DNA from: an uncultured Gemmatimonadales bacterium
GTDB taxonomy: Bacteria > Gemmatimonadota > Gemmatimonadetes > Gemmatimonadales > GWC2-71-9
Reading direction: 5' to 3'
Assembly: GCA_963821525.1 (NCBI GenBank)
Contig: CAWGED010000012.1
Coordinates: 1 to 64,000 of the forward strand
Length of the DNA: 64,000 bases
The notes under the pieces were generated by a model that was not told the origin of the DNA, ran no database searches, and saw nothing but the letters and a program-made list of their open reading frames with translations. Below, piece by piece: positions 31,455-43,368 of the stretch. The stretch's first letter is position 1, and the number at the start of each line of letters is the position of its first letter. A program made the translations under genes and the position numbers.

Positions 31455-32468
31455 GTGCCCAGCGACCCACGAATCCTGGCCGTCCGTTTCAGCTCCATCG
31501 GCGACGTCTTGCTCATCACTCCCTTGCTTCGGGCCTTGCGTGCCCGGCATCCAGGGGCGACCATCACGGCGCTGACCAAGTCCGCATTTGCTCCACTGCT
31601 CTCCGATAACCCGCATCTCAATGACGTGCTGACCCTGGACCCCCAGGATTCGATCGCGGCGATGGCCCGTGAGCTTCGACTCAGGAACTACAGTCACCTC
31701 CTCGACCTCCACGGCAGCCTGAGGTCTCGAGTTCTCCGGCTGCTGGTGCCGGGGCGGTGGAACGGCTTCGATGCCCGCCGGCGCCAGCGTCGCGCCCTGA
31801 TCCGCTACAAACGCCATCTCTACCGTGACATCCTGCCGGTACCCGAGCGCTACTTCGACGCTGCCCGCGACCTCGACGTGACACCGGACCAGGCCCCGGC
31901 CGAAATGCACCTGCATCCTTCGGCCAAGGAGAGTGCGGCGCGCTGGCTGTCCGAGAATGGCCTGAATGGAGATCGGAAACTGCTGGTCGTCGCCCCCGGC
32001 GCGGCCCACGCCACCAAACGTTGGCCGCAGGATCACTGGCGCAAGCTGGTAGAGTCGGTAACAGGCTCCGGAGCTCGGGTCGCAGTGATCGGCGGCCCGG
32101 ACGATCATGCTCTCTGCGCCGGCGTGGCCGCGGCTGGCAACGGGTCCGCGGCTTCGGGCGCCGGCGAACTGGGACTCCAGGAATCGGGCGCGGTGCTGGC
32201 GCGCGCGGCGGCTGCGGTTACGGGAGACACCGGGGTGATGCACATGGCCACCGCGATCGGCACGCCGGTCGTTGCCCTGTTCGGCCCCACCGTCGAAGCC
32301 TTCGGGTTCTTTCCCTACCGGGCGCGGGCGACGGTGTTGCAACGCGACCTGGGATGCCGGCCCTGCAGCGCCAAGGGCACTCTTCGGTGTCCCCTGGTGC
32401 ACCATCGCTGCCTGAAGGAGATCACGCCGGCTGAAGTCGAACTTGCTCTCACCGAGCTGAGCGCGTGA
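31455..32468 (+). CDS. waaF: LPS heptosyltransferase (GT9)
   Basis: SSIGDVLL, APGAAHATKRWP, DTGVMHMA. Confidence 0.82.
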   Translation: MPSDPRILAVRFSSIGDVLLITPLLRALRARHPGATITALTKSAFAPLLSDNPHLNDVLTLDPQDSIAAMARELRLRNYSHLLDLHGSLRSRVLRLLVPGRWNGFDARRRQRRALIRYKRHLYRDILPVPERYFDAARDLDVTPDQAPAEMHLHPSAKESAARWLSENGLNGDRKLLVVAPGAAHATKRWPQDHWRKLVESVTGSGARVAVIGGPDDHALCAGVAAAGNGSAASGAGELGLQESGAVLARAAAAVTGDTGVMHMATAIGTPVVALFGPTVEAFGFFPYRARATVLQRDLGCRPCSAKGTLRCPLVHHRCLKEITPAEVELALTELSA

Positions 32469-32870
32469 ACGGCTGGGATCCGGCCGCATTCGAGCTGATT
32501 TCCCTCCTGGCCCGGAGTGCCCGGGGACCCCGGCGCGAGGGACTCTTCGCATTGTGGCTGACGCTTCGGGTGGCCCAGGACCTTCAACTCGAGCCACCGC
32601 TCACCGAGCGCCATGTGCGGCGCCGGATAACGGCCCTCGAGTCGCGCATGTCCAGCCTCACCGTCCCCGCCCCGCTCCGGCGGGCCCTCACAGGCGGCCC
32701 TGCACCAGTTGCGCGACGCCACGCGGGAATCGGTGCCCGGCATCCTCAATGGGTTGGTTGCCCCGACCCGGGAAGCTGCCGGCCAGGAGGCGGCCGAAGC
32801 CGTCCGCAAGGCCGAGAAGGACTGCTCGTCAGGCGTTGCTTCCCCTCGGTCGCTGACCGATGTCGTATAA
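32465..32870 (+). CDS. Hypothetical helical protein (indel near 32695)
   Basis: GTG overlaps the waaF stop; after the frame change reads ALHQLRDATRESVPGILNGLVAPTREAAG. Confidence 0.5.
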
Positions 32871-32877
32871 TTGAGGC

Positions 32878-33756
32878 ATGCAACGCCCTCGCCCTTCTCT
32901 TAACAAGGAACCTTCCACCACTGTCGAGGCGCTGGTCCAGCGAATGGACGCGCGCAGCGACGGCACGGTGGCAACCGATAGCGTTCCGACCGGCTTCCCC
33001 TCGCTTGATCGGATGCTCGCAGGCGGGTTCCGGCGTCAGGACCTGATCGTTCTGGCGGGCGATGTGGGAAGCGGGAAGTCGTCACTGGGACTCGCGATGG
33101 CCATCCGGGGGGCCCAGTCGGGAGTGCCCACGGTCTTCCTGTCGGGGGAGATGACGGAAGACCGCCTCATGGAGCGAGCCCTGGCACTCGAGGCCCGGGT
33201 GCCGGTGGACGCTCTCCGAGGCGGAGCGCTCGACGATGTGAGCCGTGCCTCGGTCGGCGCGGCGGCGCTCCGGCTGCGCGACCTTCCGCTGCAGGTCCGG
33301 TCGCTCAGCGGACAGCGATTCACCGAGGTGTCGGAGGCACTGGATACGGTGCCCCGCCGGGCGCTCCTTGTGATTGATTCGCTGCAGATGACCGCACCGC
33401 CGGCCACGGCCAATGGGCCCGACGAAGCAGTGGCAGGTGCGGCTCGAGCGCTCAAGGCGCTGGCGCTGGATCACGATGTCGCGGTACTGGTCCTGGCCCA
33501 GTTACCAGGCCTCAAGCCGAGTCGACGCGATCCCCGCCCCTCGCTCGAAGACCTGGGTGGCCTGGGAGTGGTGAAGCAAGTGGCTGATGTGGTCCTGGCG
33601 ATCTACCGCGAAGAGATGTACCGGCCGGCGGGTGGGGTCGAAGGAGCGACAGAGCTCATCGTGGCCAAGAATCGCAACGGCACGACTGGTTTTGTCGACC
33701 TCTACTTCTACCACGAATGGCTGCGGTTCGAGGATATGGTCGAACCGGGGAGATAA
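32878..33756 (+). CDS. DnaB-like helicase C-terminal (ATPase) domain only
   Basis: VPTGFPSLD, GDVGSGKS, SGEM, VIDSLQ, ADVVLAIYR, ELIVAKNRNG; no N-terminal domain. Confidence 0.85.
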   Translation: MQRPRPSLNKEPSTTVEALVQRMDARSDGTVATDSVPTGFPSLDRMLAGGFRRQDLIVLAGDVGSGKSSLGLAMAIRGAQSGVPTVFLSGEMTEDRLMERALALEARVPVDALRGGALDDVSRASVGAAALRLRDLPLQVRSLSGQRFTEVSEALDTVPRRALLVIDSLQMTAPPATANGPDEAVAGAARALKALALDHDVAVLVLAQLPGLKPSRRDPRPSLEDLGGLGVVKQVADVVLAIYREEMYRPAGGVEGATELIVAKNRNGTTGFVDLYFYHEWLRFEDMVEPGR

Positions 33757-33762
33757 TCCTTC

Positions 33763-34149
33763 CTATTGAGCTGACGACGGAGCCTTGGCCCCGGCGATAT
33801 CGATCAGGCTTCCATCCTCCCCGCTGGCCTTGGTGATCGTGACCCAGAGAGGCCGCTTCACTCCTTCCGCGTACATCACGATGACGCCTTCACGGGTCTT
33901 GATGTCGCTCACCAGTCGCCAGTTGTTCTTGCTGAAGTAATTGCGATAGTAGGTCGCGACCTCCTCCGGGCCCTCGGAGCTCTTGAAGCGGATCTGAGTC
34001 GCATCCTCGCCACCGGCGCGGGAGATCGCCTCTCCTTCGGGTGGGACCGGTAGCTCCGGAATGGTCTCGGCCAGCGGAGGCATCTTGGGCCGGTCTTCCT
34101 TACAGGCCAGAGCAAGAACCAGCGCGACAGCCAGAAGTTGTGAACGCAT
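33763..34149 (-). CDS. Hypothetical lipoprotein
   Basis: MRSQLLAVALVLALAC lipobox. Confidence 0.7.
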   Translation of the reverse strand: MRSQLLAVALVLALACKEDRPKMPPLAETIPELPVPPEGEAISRAGGEDATQIRFKSSEGPEEVATYYRNYFSKNNWRLVSDIKTREGVIVMYAEGVKRPLWVTITKASGEDGSLIDIAGAKAPSSAQ

Positions 34150-34296
34150 AGGCGGGGGAGAGTAGTGGTGGGCCCCTAGGGGGTCAATGGCCGGATGCCA
34201 GCCAGCATCCATCGCCTTCGGTCCCTGTGCCGGTAGAGGGCTGACGACAACGGGTTACGGCAGTATTTTCCACTCAGAATCCGTCGAGGCAGAGGA

Positions 34297-35052
34297 ATGG
34301 CCGGCCATAGCAAGTGGAAACAAATCAAACGCAAGAAGGCGATCGCCGACCAGAAACGCGGCGCCTCCTGGACCAAGGCCATCCGCGAAATAACCGTCGC
34401 GGCCAAGGCCGGTGGTGGCGATCCGGGCGGTAATCCCCGTCTTCGCACGGCGATTGACGCCGCGAAGGCCGTCAACATGCCGGCCGACAACATCGATCGG
34501 GCCATCAAGAAGGGAACCGGAGAGCTCGAGGGCGCGGTCTACGAGGAAGTCATGTACGAGGGCTACGGTCCGGGTGGCGCCGCGATCCTGATCGAGGCGA
34601 CCACCGACAACGCCAACCGCACCGTGGCCGAGATCCGCCACGCGTTCAGCCGCAACGGCGGCAACCTCGGCGCCACCAATTCGGTGTCCTGGATGTTCGA
34701 GCGCAAAGGCCAGATTTATCTCGACGCAACCAAGTTCGACGAAGACACGGCACTCGAGGCCGCACTCGATGCCGGGGCCGAAGACTTCGTCCGCGATGGC
34801 GAGCAATACGTGGTATCCACCATCCCGCACAGCTTCCACGCGGTGCAGGACGCCTTGAAGGCCAAGCGTTACGCCATCGAATCCGCCGAGCTTGCGATGG
34901 TTCCCAAGAACACGGTGCGAGTCGAAGGCAAGCAGGCGGAGCAGATGTTGCGGCTCATGGAAACGCTGGAAGAGCTGGACGACGTTTCGAAGGTCTTTTC
35001 CAACTTCGACATCGACGCGGCCGCGATGGCGGAGGCGGAGACATCGGCCTGA
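34297..35052 (+). CDS. yebC: YebC/PmpR family protein
   Basis: MAGHSKW, YEGYGPGG, LEELDDV. Confidence 0.96.
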   Translation: MAGHSKWKQIKRKKAIADQKRGASWTKAIREITVAAKAGGGDPGGNPRLRTAIDAAKAVNMPADNIDRAIKKGTGELEGAVYEEVMYEGYGPGGAAILIEATTDNANRTVAEIRHAFSRNGGNLGATNSVSWMFERKGQIYLDATKFDEDTALEAALDAGAEDFVRDGEQYVVSTIPHSFHAVQDALKAKRYAIESAELAMVPKNTVRVEGKQAEQMLRLMETLEELDDVSKVFSNFDIDAAAMAEAETSA

Positions 35053-35065
35053 GCCGGCGCCTCCC

Positions 35066-35576
35066 GTGAGGGTGCTCGGCATCGATCCGGGCACCGCGAT
35101 TACGGGCTACGGTTTGGTCGAAGCCCTGACTGGCCGGGCCCCGCAATTGGTCGAGTGCGGGGTCATCAAGACCCTGCCCCGGGATCCCCTGCCGGAACGG
35201 CTGCGACTGATCCACGACGAATTGCTCGGCCTTATCGACCGTCTGGCCCCGGAAAGTGTCGTGGTCGAAGGGGTCTTTGCGGCCCGCAATGTGAGATCGC
35301 GCGCTGGTGCTGGGTCACGCGCGGGGAGCAATCCTGCTGGCGGCAGCACTGCGGGGAGTGCCGGTCACCGAATACTCGCCCGCCATCATCAAACAGACAG
35401 TCGTAGGCCGCGGAGCGGCGCTCAAACCTCAAGTGGGCTTCATGGTGGCGCAGCTGCTCCGGTTGAAGAGCGCTCCCCGTCCCGCCGACGCGGCCGATGG
35501 AGTCGCCATCGCGCTCACGCACCTGCTGCGCACCGCCCCAAAAAGCATCGCCCCCTTCCTGGGACGCCGCGGATGA
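35066..35576 (+). CDS. ruvC: Holliday junction resolvase (frameshift near 35300)
   Basis: VLGIDPG..TGYG; LGHARG; DAADGVAIA. Confidence 0.93.
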
Positions 35577-36163
35577 TCGCGCTGGTTTCCGGAATCCTTC
35601 GCACGCGGGATGGCGACACCGTCCTGATCGAGACCTCGGGCGGAGTCGGCTACAGCATCACTCTCCCGCTCGGCGTCGTGGAGAGATTGCCGGCACTCGG
35701 CTCCAAGGTGCAGCTCCACACCGAGCTGGTGGTGAAGGAGGATGGCTGGGCGCTGTTCGGGTTCGATCGCCCGGCGGAACGCATCGTCTTTCAGCGACTG
35801 CTTTCAGCGAGTGGCTTCGGCCCCAGGCTGGCGCTGGCGCTGCTGTCGACCTTGGGGGCCGATCGCACCGTGCGAAGTATCCGGCAGAAGGACATCGCGG
35901 CTCTCAGCACGGTGAGCGGCATCGGAAAGAAGAAGGCGGAGCGACTGGTGCTGGAGCTGCACGACCGGTTCGAGGAGGTCGGGGGCGAGCTGCCGCCCGC
36001 TTCGATGGGGCCAAGCGAGGAGGCGCTGGCCGCCCTCACGCGGCTCGGTTATCCTCCCGCGCAGGCCGAGAGCGCAGTGCGCGACGCGCTGGCCGCCGAC
36101 GGCTCCTCGGACACGGCACAGCTGATCAAGCAGGCGCTGCAGCGGCTGGCGGGGAAGAGATGA
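35573..36163 (+). CDS. ruvA: Holliday junction branch-migration protein
   Basis: MIALVSG, GVGY, SGIGKKKAERL. Confidence 0.95.
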   Translation: MIALVSGILRTRDGDTVLIETSGGVGYSITLPLGVVERLPALGSKVQLHTELVVKEDGWALFGFDRPAERIVFQRLLSASGFGPRLALALLSTLGADRTVRSIRQKDIAALSTVSGIGKKKAERLVLELHDRFEEVGGELPPASMGPSEEALAALTRLGYPPAQAESAVRDALAADGSSDTAQLIKQALQRLAGKR

Positions 36164-36165
36164 AG

Positions 36166-36284
36166 GTGAGCGGTGAGAGAGTAAGAAGTAAGGAGTAGGG
36201 AGTAGGCGAGTAGGGAGTGGTGGAGTGGAGACGGACTCGGTGCGCAGTACTCGGACTACCACTCGGTACTCGGTACTAGGTACT
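36166..36284. repeat. Mixed heptamer tracts
   Basis: GGTGAGC, GAGTAAG, GAGTAGG units followed by TCGGTAC/TAGGTAC units. Confidence 0.75.
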
Positions 36285-36301
36285 TCAACTCTAGAAATCC
36301 A

Positions 36302-36478
36302 ATGACAGTCGCAGCTACGACCGCCGAATGGCTCTGCACCCGATGCGGGAGCACCAATCGCCTGCTGGTTGCCTCCGGGACCCGGGAAGCGGAAGATCGT
36401 TGCACTCACTGCCACGTGAAGCACCTGGTCCAGCCTGGTGACCGGCCGGTACGGTGGGAAGCCAGATCGATCGATTGA
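36302..36478 (+). CDS. 58-aa zinc-ribbon protein (absent from the ORF track)
   Basis: [58 protein letters not shown]; two CxxC motifs; TGATG overlap with ruvB. Confidence 0.8.
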   Translation: MTVAATTAEWLCTRCGSTNRLLVASGTREAEDRCTHCHVKHLVQPGDRPVRWEARSID

Positions 36479-37500
36479 TGAGCCGCCTGGAGATCACCAC
36501 CCCCGACGTCCTCCCCGAGGAGACCGGCGCCGAAGCGGCGCTCCGGCCCTCTCGGCTCGACGAGTTTGTGGGGCAGGTGCAGGTGAAGGCCTCGCTCCAG
36601 ATCGCGATCGATGCCGCGAAGGCCCGGGGTGAGCCGCTCGATCACACCCTGTTCTTCGGTCCGCCTGGACTCGGCAAGACGACGCTGGCAACACTGCTCG
36701 CCCGGGAGATGGGGGTTCAACTCAGGACCACGTCGGGGCCGGTTCTCGAAAAGCCCGGCGATCTGGTGAGCCTGCTGACGACCCTGCAGCCGGGCGACGT
36801 GCTCTTCATCGACGAGATCCATCGCCTCCGTCCGGTTCTCGAGGAGTTCCTCTACCCCGCGATGGAGGACTATCGGGTCGAGGTGCGCATCGCCGACGGA
36901 CCCCACGCCCAAACCATCCCGATGGCGATCGAGCGGTTTACCCTCATCGGCGCCACAACCCGGTTCGGTCTGCTGACTCCACCGATGCGAGCCCGCTTCG
37001 GAATGGTGGAGCGGCTGAATTTCTATCCCGCCGATGAGCTCAAGACCATCGTCGTGAGATCGGCGCAGATCCTGAATGTTCCGATCGAGTCGGAGGGAGC
37101 CGACGAGCTGGCGAAGCGAAGCCGCGGCACACCGCGCGTGGCCAACCGCCTGTTGCGCCGGGTGCGGGACTATGCCCAGGTGCGGGCTAACGGAATCATC
37201 ACCGCACAGGTTGCCCGCGATGCACTGAGCCGGCTCAACGTGGATGAGTTCGGTCTCGACGACATGGACGCGCGCATTCTCAAGACCATCATCGAGAAGT
37301 TCAGCGGCGGGCCGGTAGGACTCAACACCGTTGCCGTGGCGGTGGGCGAAGACAGCGGGACGCTCGAGGAAGTGTACGAGCCGTACCTGATCCAACAGGG
37401 GTTCCTCGAACGCACCGCGCGGGGCCGAGTCGCGACGGCGCATGCCTACCGGCGGTTCGGGATGAAGATGCCTGCTTCCCAGCCATCGATGTTTGAGTAG
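36478..37500 (+). CDS. ruvB: Holliday junction helicase
   Basis: [28 protein letters not shown]. Confidence 0.97.
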   Translation: MSRLEITTPDVLPEETGAEAALRPSRLDEFVGQVQVKASLQIAIDAAKARGEPLDHTLFFGPPGLGKTTLATLLAREMGVQLRTTSGPVLEKPGDLVSLLTTLQPGDVLFIDEIHRLRPVLEEFLYPAMEDYRVEVRIADGPHAQTIPMAIERFTLIGATTRFGLLTPPMRARFGMVERLNFYPADELKTIVVRSAQILNVPIESEGADELAKRSRGTPRVANRLLRRVRDYAQVRANGIITAQVARDALSRLNVDEFGLDDMDARILKTIIEKFSGGPVGLNTVAVAVGEDSGTLEEVYEPYLIQQGFLERTARGRVATAHAYRRFGMKMPASQPSMFE

Positions 37501-37592
37501 GGCCAGGGAGTAGGGAATAGGGTGTAGGGAGTAGGGTAACGACCTATCTTCCTTCCCCACCCCCTACACCCTACTCCCTACTCCCCACTCCC
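37495..37592. repeat. Inverted heptamer tracts
   Basis: GGGAGTA GGGAATA GGGTGTA GGGAGTA mirrored by CCCCCTA CACCCTA CTCCCTA. Confidence 0.85.
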
Positions 37593-37607
37593 GATTCGCT
37601 GTCCGCC

Positions 37608-38627
37608 GTGCCCTACCACACCACCGACTTCGACTACTCCCTCCCACCCGAGCTCATCGCGCAGTATCCCATCGCCGAGCGCGGAACCAGCCGACTGCTC
37701 GTAGTCAGGCGGCATGATGCCGAACTGGAAGACCGAAGCTTCGGCGATCTGACCCAGCTCATCCCACCCGGAGACCTGCTGGTCCTGAATAGCACTCGGG
37801 TCCGGCACGCGCGGTTCCTGGGGACTCGGCCGAGCGGTGCGCCCGCGGAGGTGTTGTTACTGCATCCCGGTACCGAGGGTGCCTGGATCGCGATCGGCCG
37901 GCCCGGTTCGGCGATGAAGCCCGGCAAGCGGATCCGTCTCGCGCCGGACATCGAGGTGGAAACCGTCGCGGAGTTGGAGGAAGGCCAGCGCGAGGTCCGG
38001 TTCATCGGGGCTACCGCGGAAGAAGCAATTCGACGCCTGGGCCGGCTGCCGCTCCCTCCTTACATCGAGCGGGACCCCGATTCGAATGACGAGATCAGAT
38101 ATCAGACGGTCTACGCGGAGCAGGAAGGGAGCGTGGCCGCGCCGACCGCGGGCCTGCACTTCACCGCCGAGATCCTCAAGGCAGCTCGAGCAGCGGGACG
38201 TGCGCATCGCGCGACTGGATCTCGAAGTCGGCCCCGGGACCTTCAAGCCGGTTGAAGTCGAGGATCTCACTCGGCACCACATGCATCCGGAGCGGTTTGA
38301 CATCCCCGAAGCAACCGCGACAGCGATCGCGGAGGTTCGCAAACGGAAGGGCAGCGTCTGGGCGGTCGGTACCACGGTGGTGAGAGCGCTCGAAAGTGCT
38401 GCTGCGGAAGGGGGCCTGGTGCGATCGGGCAGCGCGGAAACCCGGCTCATGATCACACCGGGTTTTCAATTCAGGGTAGTCGATCACCTGCTGACCAACT
38501 TCCACCTCCCCCGTTCAACTCTGTTGATGCTGGTCTCCGCCTTCGCGGGCTATGACCTCACCATGGCCGCGTATCGGCACGGCGTTGCGGAGAGATACCG
38601 GTTCTACTCGTACGGGGATGCGATGCT

Positions 38628-38637
<10 letters not shown>
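37608..38637 (+). CDS. queA: S-adenosylmethionine:tRNA ribosyltransferase-isomerase (frameshift near 38180)
   Basis: FDYSLPPELIAQ, AAPTAGLHF, TNFHLPRSTL, FYSYGDAM. Confidence 0.95.
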
Positions 38638-40265
<1,628 letters not shown>

Positions 40266-40269
<4 letters not shown>

Positions 40270-40801
40270 GCCTGCTGCCGCTCCACCTGCTTGGCTCTCC
40301 CGTGTTGCGGGAGCGAAGTGCCGAGGTCTCGGCGATCGACGACGAGGTGCGCCAGTTCGTGGACGACCTCTTCGAGACCATGCACGCCGCCAAGGGCGTG
40401 GGCCTCGCGGCCAACCAGGTCGGAGTGGCGCGCCGCGTCGCGGTGGTGGAAACCGAGGACGAGAAGCTGGTCCTGATCAACCCGGTGATCCTCGAGGCCG
40501 AGGGGCGAGACACCGAGCCGAAGAGGGCTGCCTCTCGATTCCCAAGGTTTACGCTGACGTGACCCGGCCCGAGAAAATCGTGCTGGAAGCCACGGATCGC
40601 GAAGGAAACCGCTACACCAAGACGCTCGACGGTCTCGCCGCACGGGCGGTCCAGCACGAGATCGACCACCTCGATGGCATTCTCTTCGTGGATCACCTCG
40701 GCCTCCTGAAGCGGAAGCGAATCCTGTCGAAGTGGAAGAAGGAACACGAAGGCGACAGCTTCGTCTCGGAGGTGGGGCCCGCGTCCGCGGGGACGATCTG
40801 A
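40266..40801 (+). CDS. def: Peptide deformylase (frameshift near 40520)
   Basis: GVGLAANQVG, EGCLS, QHEIDHLDG. Confidence 0.95.
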
Positions 40802-41724
40802 TGCGCCTCGTGTTCTTCGGTACGCCGGACTTCGCCGTTCCATCATTGCGGGCGCTGGTCGAGGAAGGCTTCGACGTGGCGCTGGTGGTCACCCAGCCCG
40901 ACCGCGCGGTGGGACGCTCCCGCAGCACGCTCACTCCCCCGCCCGTGAAGGTTGCCGCGCTGGAAGAGGACCTGCCCATCCTGCAACCCGAGCGCCCCTT
41001 CGGAGAAGAGTTCGAGTCGGCCCTTCGCAGTTACGATCCTGAGCTCGGCGTCGTCGTCGCCTACGGGCACATCCTCAAGCCGGCGATCCTGGCCATTCCG
41101 CGGCGCGGCATGCTGAACGTGCATGCTTCCCTGCTGCCCAAGCACCGCGGCCCCGCGCCGGTTCAGTGGTCCATTCTGAACGGTGACGAAACGACCGGCG
41201 TCAGCATCATGCAGCTCGAGCCGGGGCTGGATACCGGACCGGTCCTGCACTGCATCGAAACCGAGGTGGCAAGGGACGAGACCGGTGGTGAGTTGCTGGA
41301 GCGCCTCGCGGAGCTGGGCGCCGCGGCACTGGTGGAGGCCCTCACCATGGTCGCGGGGGACGCCGCCAAGCCCGAGCCGCAGGACCATAGCCGCGCCACG
41401 TACGCTCCCAAGATCGATCGCGGCACAACCCGGCTCGACTGGGGGCGGGATGCGGCGTCTGTCGCTCGAACCATCCGGGCCTTCGATCCCGACCCGGGTG
41501 CCTGGACGTCGTTGGACAACATGGAGCTGAAGCTGTTCGGCGGCCGTGCGGTGAACGGGAGTGGTGAGCCCGGTACGGTCTTGGAAGCGGGCAAGACACT
41601 TCAGGTGGCGGCCGGCGTGGGTGCCGTGGAGGTGGCAGAGGTCCAGCCCGCGGGGAAGACTCGCATGGCGGTCGGCGCCTGGACTCGAGGCCACCGCGTG
41701 GAGCCCGGTCACCGGCTGGTATGA
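40801..41724 (+). CDS. fmt: Methionyl-tRNA formyltransferase
   Basis: FFGTPDFA, NVHASLLP, LDTGP. Confidence 0.96.
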   Translation: MRLVFFGTPDFAVPSLRALVEEGFDVALVVTQPDRAVGRSRSTLTPPPVKVAALEEDLPILQPERPFGEEFESALRSYDPELGVVVAYGHILKPAILAIPRRGMLNVHASLLPKHRGPAPVQWSILNGDETTGVSIMQLEPGLDTGPVLHCIETEVARDETGGELLERLAELGAAALVEALTMVAGDAAKPEPQDHSRATYAPKIDRGTTRLDWGRDAASVARTIRAFDPDPGAWTSLDNMELKLFGGRAVNGSGEPGTVLEAGKTLQVAAGVGAVEVAEVQPAGKTRMAVGAWTRGHRVEPGHRLV

Positions 41725-42352
41725 GGCCGTTGCCTCGGTTGCACGCGATAACCGATCGGGCCGTGCTGGAACTGGAAGATCTGGGGGTGCGGGCTGCCGC
41801 GCTGGCCTCGACCGGATCGGTCGTCGCGCTGCACGCGCGAGACCGCACCGCGACCGGCGAGAAGCTGACGGCGACGGTGCGCCGCTTCCTGTCGCTGGCC
41901 CGGCCACCGGAGGCTGCGGTGTTCGTGAACGGACGGCCCGATATCGCCGCGGCGCTGGGCGCCCAGGGAGTGCAGCTTGGCGCGGGCGATCTGCTCCCGA
42001 GCGATGCGCGCCTGGTGGCCGGCAGTTGGTCGGGTTGGATTGGAAGCTCGGTGCACTCGAGCGAGGAAGCGCGGGCGGCACTCGAAGCGGGAGCGGATTT
42101 CCTGATCGTGGGCCCGATTTACACGCACCACCAGCCATCCCGGACCGACCTGCGGCCGGACCGGGATTGGTGACTGAAGTGGCAAGACTCGGGCGGCCAG
42201 TCATCGCGATCGGCGGAGTGACTCCCGAGCGGAGTCAGCAACTGCGAGAGGCGGGCGCGTATGGGATCGCCGCCATCACCGCTGCATGGCACGTAAGGGA
42301 TCCGGCCGCGGCAGCGCTGGCGCTGCTGGCGCCCTGGCTCGAGGCAGCATGA
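41721..42352 (+). CDS. thiE: Thiamine phosphate synthase family (frameshift near 42135)
   Basis: LHAITD, VNGRPD, GSSVHS, PVIAIGGV; next to thiS and thiG. Confidence 0.75.
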
Positions 42353-42559
42353 CGAGACTCACGCTAACGGTGAACGGCGAACCCCGATTGATTGAAGGCC
42401 CGGCAACGCTCGCCGATCTGCTGCGCCAGCTGGATCTGGACGCGCGCATGGTCGTGGTGGAGCTCAATCGGGAGATCGTTCGCCGCCCGCGCCTTGCAGA
42501 TACCGGACTCCAGAACGGCGATTCGGTCGAGCTGGTGCACTTCGTAGGTGGAGGATGGA
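42349..42559 (+). CDS. thiS: Sulfur carrier protein
   Basis: LTVNGE...VVVELNREIV...VELVHFVGGG; stop probably lost to an indel (GGA TGGA). Confidence 0.88.
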
Positions 42560-42569
42560 GCGCGGACCT

Positions 42570-43368
42570 ATGGCAACGACAATACAGGAACAAACTTGAC
42601 CGACCCTCCCTTACGGTTGGGGGACGATCTTTTCGTTCTCGTCTGCTGGTTGGCACCGGGAAGTACCGCAACAATGCGGAAATGGTTCGTGCCATCGAGG
42701 CGTCCGGCGCCGAGGTGGTAACGGTCGCCGTGCGTCGGGTGGACCTCGATCGCACCCGGGAAGAGGGACTGCTCTATCACCTCGATCCCACCCGATATTT
42801 TCTGCTCGCCAACACCGCGGGCTGTTATACCGCGGACGAAGCGATCCGCTACGCCCGTCTCGGTCGCGAAGCGGGATTCAACGATTTCATCAAACTGGAA
42901 GTGATCGGGGACCGGGACACGCTGCTTCCCGACACCGCCGGCCTCATCTCCGCCACGAAGACGCTGGCGGCCGAGGGATTCCAGGTGATGGCCTATACCA
43001 ACGATGATCTGATCACGGCCTTGCGACTGGAGGACGCCGGCGCCGCCGCCGTCATGCCGCTCGCATCTCCGATCGGCAGCGGACTCGGCCTGCTCAATCC
43101 CTACAGCATTCGCACCATCAAGAAGCGGCTCAAGGTGCCGGTGCTGGTGGATGCCGGAGTCGGCACGGCCTCCGATGCATGCATCACGATGGAGCAAGGC
43201 GTTGACGGCATTCTCATGAATACCGCCATCGCCGAAGCCGAAGATGCGGTGAGCATGGCCCTCGCGATGCGCTACGCCGTCGAAGCAGGCCGCCTCGCGT
43301 TCCTGGCGGGTCGGATGCCGCGGCGGGAGGTGGCGGTGCCATCGAGTCCGACGCGAGGGATGTTGTGA
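42570..43368 (+). CDS. thiG: Thiazole synthase
   Basis: SRLLVGTGKY, NTAGC, IKLEV, MPLASPIGSG, DAGVG. Confidence 0.95.

Noticed and set aside
34892..36163. Apparent RuvC-RuvA fusion ORF
   Set aside because: Caused by the indel near 35300; the ruvC C-terminus is in another frame and ends at an ATGA overlap with ruvA.
42286..43368. Apparent ThiS-ThiG fusion
   Set aside because: The junction GGA-GGA-TGGA followed by an out-of-frame ATG GCA ACG ACA suggests a lost stop plus another indel. Natural fusions exist but cannot be supported in this error-rich assembly.
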